IMG/VR virus record: IMGVR_UViG_3300021180_000013
Coordinates: 1-58,634 of that record
Reading direction: 5' to 3' (one strand)
DNA length: 58,634 nucleotides
Source: a virus
Taxonomy: Duplodnaviria > Caudoviricetes
Shown piece by piece: positions 28,038 to 38,407 of the stretch. A model generated the notes under the pieces. It had not been told where the DNA came from, made no database searches, and saw only the letters and a list, made by a program, of their open reading frames with translations. Position 1 is the first letter of the stretch. Every line of letters begins with the position of its first letter. The position numbers and the translations under genes were made by a program.

Positions 28038-28211
28038 ATGAATGATAGAGATGCATGTCCGCGTTGCAAGCAACCGTGGGAGCGATCCTCGTGCGAGCAT
28101 TGTGCGTTAGTCGCGGGGAATGTGCCCGTTGCGTCTCCATCATATAAGTGTAATCGTCTACCTATACGCCCAGTTCGCTCAATTGAACTAGATTTGGATG
28201 AGTATCAATAA
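28038..28211 (+). CDS. small zinc-finger-like protein (57 aa, MNDRDACPRC..CEHC)
   Basis: Open frame whose TAA overlaps the next ATG; below the ORF-track cutoff. Confidence 0.5.
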   Translation: MNDRDACPRCKQPWERSSCEHCALVAGNVPVASPSYKCNRLPIRPVRSIELDLDEYQ

Positions 28212-29104
28212 TGGCCCCCTCGTATAACACTGGCGGTCCGCCAACTCTCGAAGTCATTGCTAATTTGGTGCGGGTTTTAATGAAGGATTGGCAGGCGGGT
28301 CGCAACAACATCCCTGGCGAGGGAATTATCACGACCGACGATCCCAATGTCTCCCCTCAGACCCTCCCCGCGCTGAACTCTGCGATCCGTTGGGTGTATC
28401 GGAAGTTGAGGAACGTTGGGGACCCCCGAGTCATCCGCGATAACGTCCAAGTGAATATCCCCGCGAATAGTGTCACCGGGCCGAATATCCAGACGTATCT
28501 TACGTATAATGGTTATTTTGACGGCGGCGTGCTTAATGCGTCCCCAGTCCTACCCCCTGACCTCATGTTCCCCCTCGAACTCTTCGAACAGCAGACGACG
28601 AGTGTTACGAATCTCCCGTTCGTACGCATGAACCAGCCTCAGTTCGGGTTGCAATCGCGGAACCAGACTTTTGCCCTCGGCGACTGGGAGTGGAGGAATC
28701 AACCGACGACGAATAGTAGTTTAGTGCTGACGCCGGGGACAGTCAATCCCCCGGCAGCAATCTTCTTCATCGGCACGTTGTCCCAAGTGACCGTGCGGAT
28801 GCGTTACATCGCGAGTATGACTACGTTCGCCTCCCTCGTCGCTGCCGACTACCCAAATGTCTACGTCCCGATCATTGACTGCGAGGAAGCAGTAGCGTAC
28901 CGAGCGGCGTACATCATCTCATCGGCTCTCTCCGGTATGACCCCCGGTGCGCAGGCGCTGAAGGCGGAGGCGGAGGATGCGATTCAGGATCTCAGGAATA
29001 GTGTAGTGCGCCGACAACAGGTCATTGAATACCACCGTATCGAATGGAACGCCGGTGTCGGCGGAGGCGGCGGGTATTACGGAACGGCGGACGGACTTAT
29101 TTAA
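28211..29104 (+). CDS. head-tail adaptor/connector protein (putative)
   Basis: Helical N-terminus (ALNSAIRWVY), beta middle, helical C-terminus (EEAVAYRAA); upstream of the tail hub gene. Confidence 0.6.
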   Translation: MAPSYNTGGPPTLEVIANLVRVLMKDWQAGRNNIPGEGIITTDDPNVSPQTLPALNSAIRWVYRKLRNVGDPRVIRDNVQVNIPANSVTGPNIQTYLTYNGYFDGGVLNASPVLPPDLMFPLELFEQQTTSVTNLPFVRMNQPQFGLQSRNQTFALGDWEWRNQPTTNSSLVLTPGTVNPPAAIFFIGTLSQVTVRMRYIASMTTFASLVAADYPNVYVPIIDCEEAVAYRAAYIISSALSGMTPGAQALKAEAEDAIQDLRNSVVRRQQVIEYHRIEWNAGVGGGGGYYGTADGLI

Positions 29105-29189
29105 CCTGCGAACCCCCGACTTTCCACACACTTACAGACACGGACGAGGAGTCCGTCAACATTCACAACTGGTCTGAGGAGGACCACGC

Positions 29190-29627
29190 ATGGCCGTAGC
29201 GACTGCAACAATTACACCTTTTCCATACCCTAAAGGACACGATAATACACAACGTAACATCGTTGTCCGTGGGACGTTCACGATCAGTACGGGAACGTAC
29301 CCTCCGGGCGGGTTCTCTTTGAACTGGAACAACGTTCCGGGGATTTACTCGATCCCTGTACCGGGATCTACGCCCAGTTCCACCGGCTCACCGGCTCCGT
29401 TCGACGTCGATGTGAAGTCGGTTGCTAATCGCGCTGGCTCGGGTGGTATCGGTCCGAGTGGATATATTTATCTCTGGGACAACGTGCTCGGCAACCTGCA
29501 TATCTTCGAGAGTGACAACGGAGCGTCGTCCGCTTCCGGCCCGCTCATCGAATACGGCGGGAACATCGACGGGAATATCGTGAACGATACGATCCAGTTT
29601 ACCGCGTACTTCTATAGGAACAACTAG
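29190..29627 (+). CDS. virion structural protein
   Basis: GAGGAGG RBS; GTYPPGGF motif; G/S/T-rich. Confidence 0.7.
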   Translation: MAVATATITPFPYPKGHDNTQRNIVVRGTFTISTGTYPPGGFSLNWNNVPGIYSIPVPGSTPSSTGSPAPFDVDVKSVANRAGSGGIGPSGYIYLWDNVLGNLHIFESDNGASSASGPLIEYGGNIDGNIVNDTIQFTAYFYRNN

Positions 29628-29645
29628 CCCGAGGAGGCTGCTCCT

Positions 29646-32600
29646 TTGGCAAACCCGTCTGCACAGCAGTCAGCGGTACTTGACTCTTTTCTAGGGCTAC
29701 TGACTAACGTAGCCCCAGAGTCCATCCCTGAAGGCGGGTCCAGTCTCACCTGGGATACCGACTTCATCACTGGGAGTGTCTTCACTCGCCCCGGGCTAGT
29801 ATCGGTGTATTCCGTAGGCGAAGGCTGGGGATTCGACTGGGGAAGTAACTGGGGCGGCGCGACGATAACCGCTAATTTTAATTACATTAAATCCTTGCCG
29901 TTATCTGGCGGCGGACTATACACCCTCGCGCTCGACACCGCTGGGAACCTCTGGACAGAGAATGTAATAACGAATCCGGGAGTACTCACGCCGCTATTCC
30001 CTACCGTGATCGCCGGGTCGTATGCGTTCAGCACTACTCAAGCGGATTATGAGTATATATGTTTTAGCGATCTGACTCAGGGAACAGATATCCCGAGGCA
30101 GTATAATCCTCAGCCTCCGTCGTCGGTGTCCGGCGCGTACACGCTTGATCGTATCTCCCAGGTAGGCCCCGGGGCGCCACCGACCTTCAGCGTTACGACC
30201 GCGACGACCACGACGCAGACGGTGATTACTGCGTGGTCCGGTAGCGGGAATATTGTAACGTTTACTTCGTCGAACGCTTTTACGGCAGGCGAGCTAGTTA
30301 AACTCGGAGGATTCCTTACCTCCACATTCTTCAATAACCAAGTATTCAGTGTTCTCTCTACAGGACTGAGCGGATCACAGTTCCAAGTGTCATTCTCTGG
30401 GTACTCCGGTGGCAGCGACACAGGCTTCGCTACTCCCCAATACACTTATGACATTGCGTCAATTTCCCAGCCTGCAGCGGCGTCCGATCCGAGCGATCCC
30501 GGGCATTTTCAAGCGATGCTATGGTCCGCTGGAGTAGGCTCACGGTCACCTGGGAATGTCATCACCGTTTATTACTCGAACGCGTTCAATCATCCGCAGG
30601 ACTCAACACTTGTTAATGCGTTCAACAGTGGTCAACCGCTGTATGTGTACATCTCCGGCGCCCCGTTCGGTAACGGGACACAACTCGTAACAGCGGTAGG
30701 CCAAGCGATCCCTCCGGGCGGCGACTATGTCCGCTGGTACTTCACGTTCCAGACGACCTCGTCGGTCTACCAGTTCATCGGTGGGCCTGATAACGCCGCT
30801 GGCACGTATCAGATCACTCAAGCGACGCTGGTTACAAAGGAAGCGATACCGAACCTGTTCCCTGGGGATCAGATCACGATCTCCGGCGCAACGCCCTCCG
30901 GCTGGAACAGCGCGTGGACGATATCTCAGGCGTTGCTCTCTGGTACGTACACGATTACCCAGACGAGCATGTCTGCAACGGGGGTAGCGACGTATAACTG
31001 GACATGGGCTGGGTCGAGCACAGCGATCACTCCCCAAGTCGGCCAGCTCGTCACGGTTACGAATACTCTTGCCGGGAATGGGATATACAACGTCGCGTCT
31101 GCGGCGATCGCTACAGTCACTGGCGGCCCGTCGTCTGGCACATTTACAATCACCGGCTTCCCCGCATCAGCTATCCCGGCGACAGCAGAGAACGGACAAG
31201 CAACGACCGCTGGGACGAAATTCACATTCGACCCCGGGGCTATTACGTTCGGAACGAATACCTCACCGATCTACGGGAATGATAACGGGACGGGGTTAGT
31301 CACAGTGTCCGGCGCAAGCACATCGGTCGCCGCCGGTACGAGACAAGCCGTATGCTTCTTCGAGACCGAGAATGGGCTGAAGACTGCGTGTTCCGCGCCT
31401 ATTACATTCACGACCGATATTAACGCCTCTTACATACTAGCGACGAACATACCAATTGGCCCGCCCGATGTTATCCGACGCTGGATCGCATTCACTACAG
31501 CTGGGCAGAATGGGATCCCTGGACCGAACTTTTACACGATCGACGACCCGGTGTCGTATACGATCAACAATCAGACACTAAAGTACTCCGCCACATACAT
31601 CGACGATAATATTACGACGCAAGCAAAGTTCACATTCACCGATGCGATACTTACGTCTGGCGAGGAGATCGATGTCCAAGGGAACAATCTGTTCAACCAG
31701 ATCGAACTAGGATCGTCCGCGTGGAACATTGCATACGCTGGGAGAATGTTTTACGGGCTAGAACAGAATAAGGTGCTAAACTTTACGAATATGTCATTCG
31801 ACGGTGGGTATATACCTAATCCGAACGGCCCGAACGTCCCGTTAGGCTGGGGGCTCGATCCGACGTCGAATAGTGTCATTGGTACGCCAGCGACGATCAC
31901 TGCGTTCAGTATTACGAATAATGTTGTTACGTTCACAGCGGTCAATACGTTCGTCGCGGGGCAGGTGGTCGGTGTATCGGGGCTCAGTACGGGGACATAC
32001 CTGAATACTACTCTCACTGTATTAGCTACAGGATTATCGGGCACGAACTTCGAAGCGTCGTTCACGCATGCGAATGTTGGATCGACGAGTGATTCGGGAA
32101 TAGCGACACCGGCGTTCCTCGGTGTCGAGCTAGTAGTCTCGGACGTCTTCGGCGACGCATTATATATCGATAACATCACGGGGATGACGCAGAGTACGCT
32201 GGGGATGATCTACCAGAACGCGTACCAGGACGCGTACAATGTTCCGATTATTCTGCCGAATACCCTTTATTCCGTCCGCGTCACGGCGACGATCCCAAGT
32301 GGGAACACGAACGGCACGCTGATCGTTGATCTTACGAATAGTAATAGTGGGTTAGTGTCGGGATCAGGGGTACTGAGCGGATACGGTATCACCTACGGCA
32401 CCTTCGCTCTCCCATTCTCCTCAATGTCCACGACCTCGGGGATATATTCTGGCACGCTACTCACCACTCCCTTCACGACCGGCGTCCCCACCGGACTCAT
32501 CCTCCGCGTCTGGGCCAAAAATATAGCCTATGGCGCCGATGTGAAAGTTGATAGAATAGAAGTATACCCGACGGCGCAGCCCGTTAACACTACGAACGTA

Positions 32601-33725
32601 CGAGTCTCTTATGTCGACAACTTCGAAGCCTTCGACGCTGTTACCGGAAACATCGGATTGGCCGAGCATAATACACAACCCTGCTATGGTGCGGTCGAAC
32701 TCCATGATCAGTTATATTTTCTGCAGTCGGCGTCGATGCAAAGCACTCAGGACATCCCGGGGACAGAGCCTTCAGGCCCGAATGGTGGATGGTCAGTGCA
32801 TGAAGTTTCAAATAGAGTTGGCACCTGCGGGATCCACGCGTATGATTACGGTGAAGAATGGATACTTACTGCCTGTCGTAACGGATTGTTCGGATTCAAC
32901 GGAGGACAGCCAGTTAGACTCGACTTCCAGCAAAAAGAAATCTGGGAAGCAATAAACTGGGCCGCAGGGATAACGATCTGGGTCCGGAACGATCTGCCCA
33001 ATAGGCGTATCACAGTAGGTGTCCCGTTACCTACGCCGAACAAATGGTTACCTCTAGCTCCCACGAATACTAACCCCACCACACCTAACGTCATCCTCAT
33101 GTGGAACTGGCAGGGGTTGAATGATTTCCAAGAGTTAGTAGATGGCCGCGCGATGCATACGACGATGTTCGGGACGTTAGCGTGCGTGGACATGCGGCTC
33201 AAGTTCAGTATATGGCAGATTGCCTCCCCGTACTCCGCGATGATCCAGCAGGGGGATCAGCTGACACAGACACAAGTGATTTGTGGCGGCGGGAGCAGCG
33301 ATAAGATATACAAACTCAGCGCGGCGCAGTTATCCGACGACGGCGTCGCGATCAACAGTACTTATTATACCTATGGCTTCGTAAACAGCGCTAAAGCGTC
33401 CCAGAACCCTCTCCTCGGCTTCCATCGTAAGGCATTTAGCGAGATGCAATTCCTCGCGTACGGGTCTGGCACGATGACCGTGTCCGTGTTACCGAATTAT
33501 ATACTCACGAACACGAACACATTTAATCAGTATTCGTACACATTGCCGGGGGTTGCGTTACAGGCGAATCCTATTGACGATTTGATTAGACCGTTAGCGA
33601 TCAGTGGTAACCGTGTGTACGTAGGATTCAGTACGAACGCGGTCGGCGCGGCGTTCCAGTTGAGTAAGTTGATACTCGTCGGGGCGATTGATCAATACGC
33701 TACGACGAATCCGAATTCAGGATAA
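29646..33725 (+). CDS. large tail hub/nozzle protein with inserted repeat domains
   Basis: 1359 aa; N-terminal FLGLLT..RPG and C-terminal propeller-like region; two ITA(W/F)S..VTFT..F-x-AG repeats. Confidence 0.65.
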   Translation: MANPSAQQSAVLDSFLGLLTNVAPESIPEGGSSLTWDTDFITGSVFTRPGLVSVYSVGEGWGFDWGSNWGGATITANFNYIKSLPLSGGGLYTLALDTAGNLWTENVITNPGVLTPLFPTVIAGSYAFSTTQADYEYICFSDLTQGTDIPRQYNPQPPSSVSGAYTLDRISQVGPGAPPTFSVTTATTTTQTVITAWSGSGNIVTFTSSNAFTAGELVKLGGFLTSTFFNNQVFSVLSTGLSGSQFQVSFSGYSGGSDTGFATPQYTYDIASISQPAAASDPSDPGHFQAMLWSAGVGSRSPGNVITVYYSNAFNHPQDSTLVNAFNSGQPLYVYISGAPFGNGTQLVTAVGQAIPPGGDYVRWYFTFQTTSSVYQFIGGPDNAAGTYQITQATLVTKEAIPNLFPGDQITISGATPSGWNSAWTISQALLSGTYTITQTSMSATGVATYNWTWAGSSTAITPQVGQLVTVTNTLAGNGIYNVASAAIATVTGGPSSGTFTITGFPASAIPATAENGQATTAGTKFTFDPGAITFGTNTSPIYGNDNGTGLVTVSGASTSVAAGTRQAVCFFETENGLKTACSAPITFTTDINASYILATNIPIGPPDVIRRWIAFTTAGQNGIPGPNFYTIDDPVSYTINNQTLKYSATYIDDNITTQAKFTFTDAILTSGEEIDVQGNNLFNQIELGSSAWNIAYAGRMFYGLEQNKVLNFTNMSFDGGYIPNPNGPNVPLGWGLDPTSNSVIGTPATITAFSITNNVVTFTAVNTFVAGQVVGVSGLSTGTYLNTTLTVLATGLSGTNFEASFTHANVGSTSDSGIATPAFLGVELVVSDVFGDALYIDNITGMTQSTLGMIYQNAYQDAYNVPIILPNTLYSVRVTATIPSGNTNGTLIVDLTNSNSGLVSGSGVLSGYGITYGTFALPFSSMSTTSGIYSGTLLTTPFTTGVPTGLILRVWAKNIAYGADVKVDRIEVYPTAQPVNTTNVRVSYVDNFEAFDAVTGNIGLAEHNTQPCYGAVELHDQLYFLQSASMQSTQDIPGTEPSGPNGGWSVHEVSNRVGTCGIHAYDYGEEWILTACRNGLFGFNGGQPVRLDFQQKEIWEAINWAAGITIWVRNDLPNRRITVGVPLPTPNKWLPLAPTNTNPTTPNVILMWNWQGLNDFQELVDGRAMHTTMFGTLACVDMRLKFSIWQIASPYSAMIQQGDQLTQTQVICGGGSSDKIYKLSAAQLSDDGVAINSTYYTYGFVNSAKASQNPLLGFHRKAFSEMQFLAYGSGTMTVSVLPNYILTNTNTFNQYSYTLPGVALQANPIDDLIRPLAISGNRVYVGFSTNAVGAAFQLSKLILVGAIDQYATTNPNSG

Positions 33726-33727
33726 GC

Positions 33728-33749
33728 TTAATAACGAATACGTTATTAA
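33728..33749. repeat. perfect 9-bp inverted repeat
   Basis: TTAATAACG-AATA-CGTTATTAA just before AGGAGG. Confidence 0.7.
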
Positions 33750-33765
33750 AGTATAGGAGGATAAC

Positions 33766-34389
33766 ATTTCACAAGGAAATAAACTCGACGGTGGCCGCGA
33801 GCTTGAGATCCTCAGGCAATCGTCCCCGCTCGTCGGGTCGCTGCTATCCCGTGTTATCGCTGGGATCAATCAGTTAGCGAAGAACGTGTCGGCGGGGAGC
33901 ATGGGCGAGCTTGAAGCGCCGAATCCTGTTGACTCTACATCAGTGAGCGGGACGTATAACGCATCGACGAATACGCTTACCGCTCCGGGAGAGTTCCTTC
34001 ACGCTGTACATACGCATAACGCATCTCTGACCCGAGGGATACAGTATATCACTGAGATCGACACGGACCCAGGGTTCCCTAACCCACACCCAATCGACTC
34101 GGGCTCGTCACGCACCGTGTTCAGCACGTTACCGACGAATAGCTCAGCGAATTCGCCACAGGGATATTACTTGCGCGTAACTCCCCAGTACCCCGGCTCC
34201 GTCCCCGGTCGCCCGACAGTGTTCGGCGGGGTGAAAGCGCCCACAAAGATCGTCATGTCCGGCTCGACCACGGCGGACCTCCTGCCGTCCCAATCCGGGG
34301 GGACCGCTCGCCCGGGTCAGGGTGGCAAGGGACTAGGACCAATACCTGCTCGCCCGCCCGTTGGTGGACCGAAACGGAAGCTGACGTAA
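33766..34389 (+). CDS. virion protein, probable ATT start
   Basis: AGGAGG 33755-33760, ATT 33766 in frame with ORF 33886..34389, in-frame TAG at 33754. Confidence 0.65.
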   Translation: MSQGNKLDGGRELEILRQSSPLVGSLLSRVIAGINQLAKNVSAGSMGELEAPNPVDSTSVSGTYNASTNTLTAPGEFLHAVHTHNASLTRGIQYITEIDTDPGFPNPHPIDSGSSRTVFSTLPTNSSANSPQGYYLRVTPQYPGSVPGRPTVFGGVKAPTKIVMSGSTTADLLPSQSGGTARPGQGGKGLGPIPARPPVGGPKRKLT

Positions 34390-34419
34390 CCTTTTCAGAC
34401 AGTTATAGCGAGTCTCGGG

Positions 34420-34824
34420 ATGATTATTCGTGATTACAAGCCTTCGGATTTGGAGGCTGTGAAGAGAATACATGAGAGAACTGGTATCGATTATACGTTC
34501 CCGGACATTAACTCTCCTCTGTTCCTCGTTACGAAAGTTATCGAGGATGATTCTGGCGTTATCCGAGCGTGTGGAGGGGCGTATATCCAGGTCGAGTTGT
34601 ACCTCTGGTTGGATCCAGACGACTGGGCTGATGCGCCTGACAAACTCGCCGCAATTCATGCCCTCGACGGCTCAGTGTTACACGACTGTTACCTTAAAGG
34701 GATCGACTGTGCAGTACTCTGGTTACCTCCCGGGATGGAACGGTTCGGAGAACGTCTCGTGGACATGGAATTCACCAAAGACAGAGACGGCTGGGTAAGC
34801 TATTCGAAGAGGCTAGATGCTTAA
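34420..34824 (+). CDS. GNAT-fold (acetyltransferase-like) protein
   Basis: MIIRDYKPSDLEAVKRI start; position between tail hub and ejection proteins is typical of P22/T7-like phages. Confidence 0.55.
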   Translation: MIIRDYKPSDLEAVKRIHERTGIDYTFPDINSPLFLVTKVIEDDSGVIRACGGAYIQVELYLWLDPDDWADAPDKLAAIHALDGSVLHDCYLKGIDCAVLWLPPGMERFGERLVDMEFTKDRDGWVSYSKRLDA

Positions 34825-35443
34825 TATATCGAAACGTTTCATTGACGGGAATTATGATGTCAGCGAGTACCGCTGGTGCTATGACCGTGCGGCTCAGGGC
34901 GCGGCTAGTGGGGCAGCGAAGACAGCGGCTGGGACAGCGGCGACGGAACAGGGGAATGCGAATGCTGCTGGCGCAGCACTGACTCCCTTTTACCGCTACG
35001 AAATGAACGCTCAACACGGGTTCAATCCTCAGCAGCAGCAGGAGTTGCTGAATGCTCAAGCCGCCCCATTAGCGGGCTCGGCGGCTACGGCTGCAGGGCA
35101 GGCGAGGAGCGAAGCGGCAAGGACGAGGAATACCTCAGGCTTCAGCGCTGGGTTGGACGAGGCGGCGAGAATGAGGAACGCAGCGATGGGTCAGGCCGGG
35201 GCGGATGTTGCGTCGGCTGACGTTATGGGCGCTAAACAACTCAATCAAGCGGGCGCCGCTGGGATGGCCGGGTTGTATAACACCGACACCGATGCGATGC
35301 TGAAAGCTATGGGGATACAAACAGGCGATATCAACGCTCAGACGGAAGCGGGTAAGTCAGGATGGTTCCAGAATCTCACGGGTGGACTAAACGCAGTCGG
35401 CGGATTGCTTAGCGGTGCCGCAGCGGCGAAGAAGGCATTCTAA
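34817..35443 (+). CDS. internal virion/DNA ejection protein
   Basis: A/G/Q-rich, with a C-terminal glycine-zipper-like segment. Confidence 0.6.
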   Translation: MLNISKRFIDGNYDVSEYRWCYDRAAQGAASGAAKTAAGTAATEQGNANAAGAALTPFYRYEMNAQHGFNPQQQQELLNAQAAPLAGSAATAAGQARSEAARTRNTSGFSAGLDEAARMRNAAMGQAGADVASADVMGAKQLNQAGAAGMAGLYNTDTDAMLKAMGIQTGDINAQTEAGKSGWFQNLTGGLNAVGGLLSGAAAAKKAF

Positions 35444-35445
35444 CT

Positions 35446-37254
35446 ATGGCCCCTATTAATCCCAACGACGATGACAACAAACTAGCCCCGGATATTATCC
35501 TCGGCGCTCGCCAGTTCCCGAATCCTGACGGTATCGCCCCAAGAATGGACACCGAAGGGCCGCCACCGACGCGTTTCACGGGCGGTGCTAGACTCACCCT
35601 CGCGGATAATCCGGGCGGATTAGGCGTATCCGGTACTGCAGCGCCGCAACGAATGACATCACCAACCTCGCTCGAAGACGCGGCTGCGGCAGCGAACGAG
35701 CAAGAAGATACAGAAGTCGATCAGCCACAGGAGCAGGGGATCAATAAACTAGGTAGTCATTATCCTTCAATGCCTAAGCCTGCGGCTACACCGGGGAGTG
35801 CTACTGAAGCATCGCCCGAGCTTGGACTCCCGGCGGTATCCGGATCAGGCCCTGCGATCGCTCACCAAGCAACGATGGCGGATGTGCCTGCACCGGTGAA
35901 TAATCCCGAGGGGCAAGCAAGACACGCTGAGCAGTTACGTCAGTTCGGCGCGGCGAAAGAGAAACTGAACTCCCAGCTCCTCCGATCGCCCGACGAATTC
36001 TCGAACCCACTAGAGTACTCACGACACCTTGAGTCGGTGCGTGAGGGGCTTGGGGCGATCAAGGAAGCGAAAGCTGAGTACGAACTCTCCCACCCGTGGG
36101 GGAGTATGGAATCAGCCCACCCCGGACTATTCGGGAAAATCGGCCACGCGTTCGGTACGATCGGTAACGTCGCGGGTGAGGCGTTAGCGCCAGGGGTTGC
36201 TGCGGCGATACCGGGGTCGCATGAAAGGTTGTTAGGCGAGAAGGCAGCGGGGGAACAGCAGATTGGTACAGCGGTAAAGGAACAGAGTGAGTCAGCGGCA
36301 GCGGGATTAGCAGGAGAGAAGGCAACAACCGAAGCAACGAAGCCGTCACTGAACGAAGCTCGGGTCAATGAGCTTGGGGCGAAGCAGGGATTAGAGGAAA
36401 AGAAAACGGACGTTGCCGCGCCCAAGGACGAGAGCCAAGCGATCCATGATCTTATGGTCGGTAACCCTGAGGGTGGACCGAGGATAAATCCTTTGACGCA
36501 GAAACCGTACACGTACGCTGAAGCGTATGGTGCGGTGAAAGGGTTGGGTAAACCAGAGGCGAAACAGAAGTTACAGCATGTGTCCGGTACGGTGAACGGC
36601 AAGCCAACAATGGCTAACTTTGATCCCGCATCCGGCGAATACACAAGCCCCGACACACACGAACGTCTCCAAGGATTCCAGCCTGCGCCTAATTATGCTC
36701 AAGTGCTGCCTGAGAAACTTGAGACGCAGACGAAGGAACTTGTTGGTCCGGATGGTATCGCTCATCAGTACGGATGGAATCCGAAGACAAGGGCGTATGA
36801 CGTTGATATGGGCGTCAGCGGGGCCGGTCAGCAAGGCTCAAGACTGTTCGCAGCGGGTGTGAGCAAAGCTGGCGCGGACACGTTGGTACACGATATCCAA
36901 GCCAACAGGGCGAAGCTCGGATCACTGGAAGCATGGGTAATGAAGCATGGATTAGATACGCCGATCGCGGATCCGGTGCTCGCTAGGTTGCAATCAGAGC
37001 TAGCATCGTTCGCGGCGCTACAACCCGCACAACACGGCTTCCGATCCGCGAGCGCGATGGAAGCGTTCGAGAAGATCATCGGTGGTCTACAGAAGAATCC
37101 TGACGCGACGATCGAGAGTATCCGTGGGATCAATGAAGTCACGACACAGGCGTTGCCGAAAGCCGCACCGGGCGGGGCGAAGAATAATCCAGCCGCTCCG
37201 GCAGCGACAAGCGGCACGGAGAAAAAGAGCTTCGCCGACTGGAAGAATAAATAA
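35446..37254 (+). CDS. internal virion/DNA ejection protein
   Basis: 602 aa A/G/P/E-rich; position in the module. Confidence 0.55.
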   Translation: MAPINPNDDDNKLAPDIILGARQFPNPDGIAPRMDTEGPPPTRFTGGARLTLADNPGGLGVSGTAAPQRMTSPTSLEDAAAAANEQEDTEVDQPQEQGINKLGSHYPSMPKPAATPGSATEASPELGLPAVSGSGPAIAHQATMADVPAPVNNPEGQARHAEQLRQFGAAKEKLNSQLLRSPDEFSNPLEYSRHLESVREGLGAIKEAKAEYELSHPWGSMESAHPGLFGKIGHAFGTIGNVAGEALAPGVAAAIPGSHERLLGEKAAGEQQIGTAVKEQSESAAAGLAGEKATTEATKPSLNEARVNELGAKQGLEEKKTDVAAPKDESQAIHDLMVGNPEGGPRINPLTQKPYTYAEAYGAVKGLGKPEAKQKLQHVSGTVNGKPTMANFDPASGEYTSPDTHERLQGFQPAPNYAQVLPEKLETQTKELVGPDGIAHQYGWNPKTRAYDVDMGVSGAGQQGSRLFAAGVSKAGADTLVHDIQANRAKLGSLEAWVMKHGLDTPIADPVLARLQSELASFAALQPAQHGFRSASAMEAFEKIIGGLQKNPDATIESIRGINEVTTQALPKAAPGGAKNNPAAPAATSGTEKKSFADWKNK

Positions 37255-38357
37255 TGGGATTCGATCCTTCCACAGATAAAGATTTCCTCGCCGCTACGCC
37301 TGAGCAGCAACATGCTTACCTCGCCGATCAGGATCAGGATTACGCGAACGCGAATCCGGCTGAGCAGGCGCAGTATCGACAGTATGTGACTGGGGCGAAG
37401 GCGCCTAAGATAGCAGTTAATTCTCTGAACGTCCCGAAGCCTAAGTTGGATATGAAAATGGATCCCGGAGGGGTCGAGCCCGGTGGGATGCCCGGGGTCA
37501 GCGAGGGAGCGGGATTAGCTGGAGGGCTGAGTGAATACGATAAATCTGTCGCTCAGGGTGTAGGTGGCGGGGCGAAGGATATTGCGCATGGGAACGTTGC
37601 GAAGGGAGCGCATGAGATCATCGGTGGAGTCGGGTCGGCGTTAACGCCAATATTATCTCTTACCGTACCCGCAGCGCCGTTAGCTACGCTTGGAGCATTC
37701 GGTGGAGGGCAAGCGGGTGGGTATCTTGCAAATAAAGGTGCGACGGCTCTCGGGGCGACGCCCGATCAAGCGGCGTTAGCAGGGGATGTGGGGAATATTG
37801 CTGGAGGGATCGCGGGCGGAACACTCGGTCATTATGGACAGCGCTCTCTTCCGGGACCGACGTTCGCGCGGGCAAAGACAGGATTTCAAGAAGTAGCTAA
37901 AATAGCTAATCCTGAAGCGGTAGATATCACGAAACCAGGGAACACGGCGTTAGAAATACAGAAGATGACGGATGAGTATGGCGCTGGAACGCAGCCGAGA
38001 TCGGTTCGAAAATTTGTACAACGCATCACGGACCCGAATAAAGGCCCGCTGACGTACGAAGAGGCGCGGAATTTCTATAGCACGATTTCTAAGTTATCCG
38101 CAGACGAACAGCAAAGAATGCCCGGGAATATGAAGCGATTAGTCGGACAGCTTCGAGCGGATCTCGACGAATCAATTACTGCCGCTGCCGCTCGGCGGGG
38201 TAAAGGACCAGAATATACGCAGGCGATGAAGGATTATCGCCGCGCTTCCCAAGGCGAGAAGGCCATCCAAGGATTGAAGAAATTTGGAACAGGCGCAGCC
38301 CTTACTGGGGCTACCGGTGCGACCGGGTACGGACTTTACAAAGCCTTAACGAAGTAG
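37254..38357 (+). CDS. internal virion/DNA ejection protein
   Basis: Gly-zipper hydrophobic segments; last gene of the ejection cluster. Confidence 0.55.
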   Translation: MGFDPSTDKDFLAATPEQQHAYLADQDQDYANANPAEQAQYRQYVTGAKAPKIAVNSLNVPKPKLDMKMDPGGVEPGGMPGVSEGAGLAGGLSEYDKSVAQGVGGGAKDIAHGNVAKGAHEIIGGVGSALTPILSLTVPAAPLATLGAFGGGQAGGYLANKGATALGATPDQAALAGDVGNIAGGIAGGTLGHYGQRSLPGPTFARAKTGFQEVAKIANPEAVDITKPGNTALEIQKMTDEYGAGTQPRSVRKFVQRITDPNKGPLTYEEARNFYSTISKLSADEQQRMPGNMKRLVGQLRADLDESITAAAARRGKGPEYTQAMKDYRRASQGEKAIQGLKKFGTGAALTGATGATGYGLYKALTK

Positions 38358-38407
38358 TTTATTGCCCGAAAGGGGTCACCCCGGCGGGCCACCAACAGGA
38401 GGCCCCG

